A stretch of 64,000 bases of DNA. Origin: Trypanosoma brucei (taxonomy: Eukaryota). This document shows positions 56,383 to 64,000 of the stretch, piece by piece (the first letter of the stretch is position 1; every line of letters starts with the position of its first letter). The notes under the pieces are model-generated. The model did no database searches, had not been told where the DNA came from, and worked only from the letters and a program-made list of their open reading frames with translations. The stretch lies in assembly GCA_000002445.1 (NCBI GenBank), contig CP000067.1, forward strand, positions 1,440,001 through 1,504,000, written 5' to 3'. Both the position numbers and the translations under genes were made by a program.

Positions 56383-58052
56383 TTAGAGGTAAAATTCTAC
56401 CAAACTCATAAAAGCAGCAGCCATACTCAGACCAAATTTCTTATTGACAAGAAAACCGCTATTTCGGCACTTTTCCTTTTCTGTATCCTTATCATCTTCA
56501 CCATCTTTACCCTTCCTCCATGCGCAATTTTGTTTTTCGCCTGTTTTGTCAGCTTCACAATTAGACATATTTGGTGTGTTGCACACACAGGTTTATCAGC
56601 TGCGTGTTCTGCATCTCTTGTTCCTACTGCTGTGTTTTCTTTTCCTGTCTCTTTAGGTTTGCATTCCTTTTGGGTTTTGTCATATTCGCAGTGTGTTTTC
56701 GGACACTCTGCTAGGGTATTGTTCTTTTTGGGGCAGCTCTTGCCGTTGATATTTGTGTCTTTGCCTTTCGGTGCTTGTACAGCAGTTCCTGCCACGGGCG
56801 TTTGTGCAGGCAAGGCGGCTGCCATCGCCAGACTGTAAAAAAAGTCGGTTTGTTTTTCTGTGAGTGCTATTTGCTGCGCAATTCGGTTAGCGGTTTCGAT
56901 TTTCCTTGCTTGGGATTCTAAATCTTATGCTGCTGTGTAAAGTCGCTGGATCCATGGGATGCCTGAAATCCCTTTTCCGGTGGTCTTTGCAAAAAAATTG
57001 TCATAGCTTACACACAGTTTTAAGGACTGGCCGTCGCAGGTTGCGACGTTTAGGCCTCCGAGGTAAACCAGTGTCTAGCTCGCTGACGTTTTTCTGCCTA
57101 GAGTCGACTCGAAGCTATGTATCGCGCCTGTAAAAGCGTTTGCGGTAAGCTTCGGCTTCGCTTGTTGCGGACATGTTGCCTTGAGGGTTGTCCAGTGGGT
57201 GTCCGGATTCGTGATGCTGACTTCCCAGTTCTGTTGCGTGTAGCCGGCCGGGCATTCGCTGGCGCCTGTGTCGGCGCCGTTGCAGAGGCAGAGAAAGTCG
57301 CCGATTATCGATCGGCCTGTTTTGGCCGCTGCACATGTTGTCGTCCAGCCTGCGGCCCCATCCAGTGTGTTTTTTGTGTCGACTTTTGTGCTTGTTCCAT
57401 CGCCCCCGTATAGGGCGGCGTTGAGTTCCTTTTGTATCTTTGCTGGCAGGGTGGTTGTCTCCTCTGTTTTTACCAGATTGTATTGATGCTGCAGTTCCTC
57501 TAATTTGGCGGCGTTTTGTTCTATGATCGAATGAAGAAAGCGTCTTTGTTGCTCATCCGGTATTTTTTTGTATTTGCTGTGCTCTTCTGTCCCAGTCTTT
57601 GCGTCTGCCGCCCTCTTGGCTGCCGACCACCAGTCTTGCCACTTGTCTCCCCAGTCTTTGCCATACGAAGACGATTCGTACACTGCCGGCATTTTTTCGC
57701 CTTGCTCTTTTGCTAGTTTTGTATCGAACAGCGCCAGCCAGTTGTCGTCGCTTGTTTTTAAATTGAGTTCAAGAATCGCTTGCAGCGAATTGCCTTTGTC
57801 TGCTGTGATCGACGCCGGGGCTTGCTGTGCTGACGCCATGGCCTGTAACCGACACATGATTCCATGGGCTTGAGCGTTGTCGTCCGCTGCGCTGCTCGCT
57901 GGCCGGATAGCATAAGTTAAGTAAGCTAGCACTGCTAGTACGCAAGTGTAAGCACGCACGGGGTGGTGTGGACCGTAAGCAACTAAGTATATTAGAAAAA
58001 GACAGAAACCTACTGGAAAAAAACGTTTTTGTACATAATTATGTAATACCAA
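56383..58052 (-). pseudogene. VSG pseudogene with frameshifts between the N-terminal domain and the C-terminal domain
   Basis: ORF 57075-58052 holds a signal peptide and N-terminal domain (…VLAVLAYLTYAIRPASSAADDNAQAHG…GDFLCLCNGADTGASECPAGY…). ORFs 56427-56825 and 56383-56586 give the Cys-rich C-terminal domain and a GPI signal (CRNSGFLVNKKFGLSMAAAFMSLVEFYL), each in a different frame. Confidence 0.7.
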
Positions 58053-59954
58053 AATTTTACTGATAATGACTTGCGGCTGTTATAGATCTGATTTAATCAA
58101 CAATTGAACGGAGTCTCTTCGTCGTCGGTGGTGCGCTAGGATATTCTTTAATTTGTTGGGGTTGTTGTTTTTCTGGTTTGTTTCCGGTACTTTCTGGCAC
58201 TTATTGTGGAGTTGTATTCTGCGCTCGACTTGTGTTTCACAAATTCTCGGCTTTAAAAAGATACCCTTCTTTAAACGCATCACCACAAATCTCAAAAAAT
58301 TAAATTTTTTCATCCATTGTATAAGTTTGAATTTTTCACAAATATATTGTGCCAAATTGTTTACTCTCCAACTTCTTGTACAAACTAAGACATTTAATAA
58401 TCATTTTCCCTTCACTTCCCATGCGGTGGGCTATACAGAAAAAAAATGAATGGGACCTCTCCAATATCACCACTATTTTGAGTAAAGATTCTCTCATCAT
58501 AATCCAACCCAATCATTCCTCTTCTCAAAACAAATCTCTGTCAACCAGCTTCTTCCTGGATCGCACTCCATATTAGTAAAAGTTTGCAAATACTTTGTCC
58601 TGACCGCCACTCCTCACTTCCTTTCAATAACTTGCCAAATGTATATTCAAATTTCTTGAGTGCCCAAACTCTTGCTAACAAACCACAGCAACTAAGATAA
58701 GGTCTTCCACTAGAAGGTATTTTAAGAAAAAGACGTAATTTTTATCTTCTTGTCTCTCTGTGACAAACATTAAAAAAACAAAAACATCTCTGCACATGCT
58801 CCTTGTAAGTAACCTCCTAACGAAAGTTCTGTTTATTTTCTGCAGTATTTTGTATAAAATGTTTCACAGCATTATCATACTTATCACCGACGGATATTAT
58901 AACAGCAGAGCCATCTACAGTTATTACAATATCTTCATTACTTGAATTATACTTTTCAAAAAAACTCTATAACCCAGCTAGACCTTTTGACATGACTATA
59001 CAAACCTCTCATCTCAATTGTAATAATTTCAACATTTCTTGGTTTAGCACTCAATATCAGTCTACACCATACTTGAGTTTCATGAGTTTTGAACTATAGC
59101 CACAAAAACTGTTAGTTTCTTAGGATTCTTTTTCTTTTATATTTACCTCTGTATAATATTAAAGAGATTTTAAGCTTAGAAAAAGGAAATCTAATGACAA
59201 CAATCGAAGCAGTAAAACTTTCAAGAGTCCAAATTTTTGGACGTAATTTAGCTTTGAAAATATAGAGAATTTTGAAAAATGGATAAAAAGCTGTGAAAAT
59301 AAATTAGTTGGACACTAACGTGTTTACATATATTGATACTGCCTTTATATTTTTGTGATTTAGATATTAAATGATGTATGGTTAGGTTATGAAACGTATC
59401 TTTGAGCACACATCGACAATTTCTGTTTTAGAATGTAGCCTCAACCCCATACAGTGTAGTTCGTGCGTACACAGTCCTTCTCTATGCATTTCCAAGAGAA
59501 ATTTCTCATCTAGGTGCGCTACTTGGTTCGCTATACTAAGTATTTTTCTAGTTTCGTTTGCTGAAACTTCACACCATCTGTTTTCGTCATAATGTTTCCA
59601 TCAGAGCGACTTTATGAACTACTTATATCACTGCTGTGGATAACGTAGCGGCTCCATATGCTTTGGACATGAAACTCTGTCTCTCAATGATTGTCTCCTC
59701 CACCACGTCCTTGTGTATAATGATGAAGCCACTCGTAATGTTTTTGTTTAAAATTGATAACATTCTATTTTTGTTATCTATATCTCTCTGTCTTTGACTT
59801 TTGATCTTCCTCTACTAATACTCCTCTAACTTTCCATTATCCGGTTGCTCACTAACTACCATTTCAACCCTTTCCATTTTTTTATATTTTCCACCATGGC
59901 AGTTAATTTGATCTTCCCCACTACTTTCATTATAAAAATAGTTCCACACGCTAA

Positions 59955-60010
59955 CAACGAACTCCTATCATTATTATTATTATCACTGTATTAATGCCCT
60001 AATTAATATC
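59955..60010 (-). repeat. Partial, degenerate 70-bp-repeat-like element
   Basis: It has an (ATT)n run plus flanking similarity but lacks the GTGTTGTGAGTGTG core. Confidence 0.3.
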
Positions 60011-60250
60011 CACAATGCAAAAAATGAACCAAATTAGAAATTTATATATGAGTACGCATTTGTTATACCCCATTACTCTAATATCTTGCACCTGTAATCC
60101 ACTTTTACACACACTTTTTAAAATTTGCAGATTTATATCAAAAAATGTTAAAAGATATCAGATGTCATTATATTTTTAAAAATTTTAACAAATGCTTACA
60201 AAATAGCAAAATTTCATAAAATTAATAAATGTGAACAAAAATCATTAGAA

Positions 60251-60650
60251 TTATATTAAACTGACAAAAGTAGAACCCATACTTAGAGCCAATTGCTTAT
60301 TGACAAGAAAACTGGAAGAGCGGCACTCCGGGTTGGGAAGTTTGCCAGTACCATCAACATAATCTATCCATCCACATTACGTGGTGCGTTGACTGCCAGT
60401 CCTTCATTTTCTTTTTCGCAATTCTTCTTACTGTCATGTTTCTTGCAGTCAGTTTTCCCATTATTTTCTCCTGCTTTTTCTGCTGCTTTTTTTTCCTTCC
60501 TCACTCGACGTGCACTTTTTGCCATCATCGGCTTTGGGGTTAAAACACACCTCTGGTATCTGAGTGGGTTTAGACATTGTCCAGCAACAAATGATTCTGC
60601 CACTGAGGGTTAATTGCTGTTTTGATAATCGGCTACCCCACAAATATTAT
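60251..60650 (-). pseudogene. Orphan VSG 3' fragment (C-terminal domain, GPI signal and 3' UTR only)
   Basis: Minus-strand translation gives a Lys/Cys-rich C-terminal domain (…CFNPKADDGKKCTSSEEGKK…, …KTDCKKHDSKKNCEKENEG…) and a GPI signal …PECRSSSFLVNKQLALSMGSTFVSLI followed by a stop. The 3' UTR has TGATATCTTTTAACAT (16-mer-like). No N-terminal domain lies upstream. Confidence 0.6.
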
Positions 60651-61214
60651 TTGTTATTTATTTCCCATTTAAAAGCAAATCGTATTGAGCAGCGAAACTG
60701 TCACGTTCCAGCGTTAAAAAAAGCCGCGGTCAGCGCAAAATGAAGAGCTGAAATTCACAAAAGTGTAAAAGTAGAATCGTAACAAATAGCCAGCAAGGCT
60801 GAGTCGGAAAATTTAAGCAAAGATATTTTATGGATAAATAATGGTTAGGGTATACACAAAAAACAAGACCCGCTGCATCACATAAAAATAATAAATTAAA
60901 AATACTAACCATAACCCTCCTTTTCTGTCGTTTCCTATTTGAAGAGAGGTTTAAAAAGACAAAAAAAAATTTTTTAAAAAACGGCGAAAGATTTAAGAAA
61001 ATTATCAAAAAACTCAAAAACGTCGAAGAATCCAAAGTTTAAAAAATTAATTAAAAAGTCTAAAAAAATTTAACGGGAACAGGAAATATTTTTTTTGCTG
61101 TCAGAAAATATTTTTGACAGAATCAGAATTTTTACAAACACAGCTCAGTTTGTCAGGTAAATTTAGGTGTTAAAATATATCAAACAGTAAATTTCTTTAG
61201 GTACAGGGGAAAAA

Positions 61215-62767
61215 TTAAAACAACAATGCCGCACAAGCAGAAACAATCATTGCAAATTGTTTGCTTGCTAGAAAACTACCATTTCGGCATTTCTCCGCTT
61301 CCTTGTCATCTTCATTATCTTTTCCCTCTCTCCAGTCACAAGTAGCTGGCTTCCCTGGTTTATTGACTTTTTCGCACTTTGGCTTTGTGTCAAGTTTACT
61401 TCAATCTGCACCGGTACTTGCCCCTCCAGTTTCTTGGTTATCTTTTTCTAGCTTTTCTTTTATTTCCTTTTTCAGTGTGCACTTTTCCCCCTTATCATTG
61501 CTCTCCACAAAATGGCAATTTTCTGTAGTGTTACATACTTTTGCCTCAGTGTCTGTGATTTTATTACAAACGTCTTCTGGTTTATTTGCCGCAGTACTGG
61601 CTTTCTTTTTAGGTCTGATATTTCTTTGTTTTTGGAAGCTATAGTGGCCACCGTTACTGTTAAATAGAAATCCATTGCTTTCTCTAGTTCAGTGGTGTCT
61701 GTCTTGTCTCCAAGGTTTTCTGGTTTAGATGGATCTGCCCAATAGGACTTTGAAAGAATTTGTGTTGTATAGAATGGATTCCAGAATTCTTTTTGAAAGT
61801 TGGCCGGTGAGTCGGTTTTGAACATGGCTTTGAGCTTGACGTCTGGCTGCTCGATGGTTTTTCCGCCATTTGCTTCTGATGAGGCTTGCTGGAATTCCTC
61901 ACTCTCAGCTATTTTGGATCCAGTGCTATCCGTAATCACTGCCTCAGCGCTTACAATTGCTTGATAGTCAGCTTCAACTATCACGGTGTGAAGTGTCGGT
62001 CTGTGCGTTGCACTTATTACCGTGGTCGGCCATATGTTGTGGTCTGTTGCTGCGCCGCCCACCGCCCATAGGCCGTCCCCTAGCTTGACAGTTCCGCTAC
62101 CACTCGTTACTAGGTGATGCGTGGTGCCGTTGCCTTTCGTTATGACACAGTTCTTGTTACGGGTTGGTACTGGGTCCACTCCACCAATTTTGTTGTTCCT
62201 GTCTTTCACGGTTGCCGTTTCTACCTTCTGTATTGCCGTAAGCAACGTTTGAGGTGTTATTGCCGTCGCTAATTTGCCTTCGGCTTCAAAAGTTGCAATG
62301 TCCGCCAGCTTGCTACTGCCAGGAAAGCAGCTAGGTAGATCCGTTGCGGCTGCCGTTTGGTCGCTTGAGCTACTTTGTGACAGAAATCTGTCCGTGGCGC
62401 CTTTGGCATGAAACATCAGCATTATCGCTTCGTCCATGCGCCCAGCCGCTAGGCCGGCGTCCGCTGCTTTTGTTGCTGCGGTTACCAGTCTTGTTCGAGA
62501 TTTCCTGGCTTTTGTTTCCAGTTTTGCTGCTCCTCCTTTCTTGTTGGTTAGAATCTTGTACAGGCGCGCTTTGAGAACCTGCCGTCCGATAGATGCGATT
62601 TTGGCGTCCGCTGTTGACACAATAGCTGTGAATCTGGCCGGGGTTGCTTTGAGGCCAGTTGTCAACTTGCAGACGATGTTAACCGCAGTAGCTAGTAGTG
62701 GGTCACCGTCGTTGCAGTGAACACTGCTTGAGGCAAACACCAGTGAAAGTGCCAGAAGAAAGTTCAT
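61215..62767 (-). pseudogene. VSG pseudogene: the N-terminal domain is intact, the C-terminal domain is out of frame
   Basis: ORF 61472-62767 (431 aa) has a signal peptide and N-terminal domain (MNFLLALSLVFASSSVHC…) and ends abruptly at …MIRGKSAH followed by a stop. Downstream in other frames lie a C-terminal domain (…KPKCEKVNKPGKPATCDWREGKDNEDDKEAEKCRNGSF) and a canonical GPI tail (LASKQFAMIVSACAALLF, then stop). Confidence 0.7.
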
Positions 62768-63310
62768 GCGATGGTCTAACTTTACTTTAAGAGAGACGGG
62801 GGTGTAACATGTGCATGCTGGTCGTTGAGTTCTCGTGCACTGAAAAAGAGAAAGTATTTATTTTGAATCTCTGGTGTGGCCTCTCGACTTAGCATACGTA
62901 AGGGTATAGTACAGGGGCCACCGCCAGGTGCCAGAAAAATAGGCTGGAAAGCATTTAACGGTTAGCCCACTGTTTCGTTGGCGCTCAGTTAAATTTAAAT
63001 AGGCCCGAAAAAGGTTCACCAAATTGACTTCGGTCAGCTTAGCCTTTACCATGCAGAACAGCTGGATTACGAGCGCTTTTGTTGAAGCAGTCGTACTGGT
63101 TGTTGGTTTTGTGTCATATATTATCAGCGTCCAGCACCAAAAATTTCATTAATGGAGAACTGACCTCAATAGATTTTGCGTTTCTATTGCTTCTTTATGT
63201 AATATATAAGGAGATAAGATGATTTTGCCCATATTCTCCGTTGCAGTGTTGATGTAGACGTGCGAGCAGCTTAAGTGACTAAATATCAATCTTAATTACA
63301 CGAAAGTTAT

Positions 63311-63385
63311 TCTATATCTATATCTATATTTATATCTATATCTATATCTATATCTATATTTATATCTATATCTATATCTATATCC
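63311..63385. repeat. (CTATAT)n / (TATATC)n hexamer microsatellite with interspersed TTTATA variants
   Basis: Seen directly in the sequence. Confidence 0.9.
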
Positions 63386-64000
63386 AAAGCATCTATTACT
63401 TGTTTCTATCACTATCGCTTATCCTCTGTTAATTTTAAGGGTTAGGTTTGACTCGAAGTAAACAGGTACCGTTTTTTCCTCTTCTGCTGAAAGTATTCGC
63501 TCATCCACTTACGCCATACAGACTGTGTCGCTGTATTTCTCCGTCGTTTAGGCTGCATAAATTGGGTCCAGAAACTTGTTTTCAGATACTTTTGCTTTAT
63601 AAACTTTGCCTTTACCCCTTCGTCAGTAAAAGCAATTATATTGATCATTCGCTCTTGAAAGAGGTTAGCGTCTTCTCAGTGCGTCACTAGGGGTTCCAGG
63701 AGTATCACCGCTGATTGAGCCCGCTTCATAGATATCCTCCTTTGGCTCATATGCGCGCATTCTCATTCCTTTGTCGCCGGTCTTTACTGGGGGTTTAGGC
63801 AGAAGCGTCTCCTTCTGCTTCTGTTACGTAAAAGATAGTAACTACATTTGGTCCATTTACTACGCTGTGCCACTTGATGATTTCTGCCACCATATTCTTT
63901 CTTATGATGATCTATTATTACGTATTTTCTTCGCAATGCGTATAATCCATTCCCTCTCTGCATTTTATCTAATAATATACCTGGTCGCTTCTCCATACTC

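Noticed and set aside
56444-56838. Plus-strand ORFs rich in F/S/L/C (e.g. 56444-56656, 56530-56838, 60293-60613, 61261-61644, 21362-21604, 13142-13540)
   Set aside because: They are antisense shadows of Lys/Glu-rich VSG C-terminal domains or coiled-coil genes on the minus strand. The sense-strand homology explains the open frame.

Overview
This window reads as a Trypanosoma brucei-group chromosome segment with three parts. The window crosses from a housekeeping polycistron into a silent VSG array. No introns are evident, genes are densely packed on one strand, and there is nothing bacterial, so CRISPR and operon logic do not apply.

(1) 1-27 kb is the end of a housekeeping polycistronic unit. 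All of its genes lie on the minus strand:
- two paralogous NEK/NRK-type kinases with C-terminal PH domains;
- a PP4 regulatory subunit 3 (SMEK) homologue;
- two large low-complexity/coiled-coil proteins;
- 3-methylcrotonyl-CoA carboxylase alpha, which here carries an in-frame TGA;
- a Rossmann-fold oxidoreductase with an apparent frameshift;
- a roadblock/LC7 dynein light chain;
- a 1460-aa WD40 plus coiled-coil, CFAP43-like protein.

(2) 27-37 kb is a gene-free strand-switch region. It has a GC-rich island and degenerate retroelement (ingi/DIRE-like) remnants.

(3) 37-64 kb is a variant-surface-glycoprotein array:
- First comes a plus-strand tandem cluster of four very closely related VSG-like genes. 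They share an identical non-canonical C-terminal domain and 3' flank, include an exact 2.75-kb tandem duplication, and show clear mosaic block exchange.
- Next is an internally deleted ingi/DIRE retroelement on the minus strand whose ORF starts with a viral-type 2A peptide (DVEENPGP).
- Last is a minus-strand array of one intact VSG plus several VSG pseudogenes and fragments, separated by 70-bp-repeat elements.

Many short ORFs in the track are antisense or low-complexity artefacts. The ORF caller also appears to accept non-ATG starts; for example, the 'M' at 19460 is GTG.
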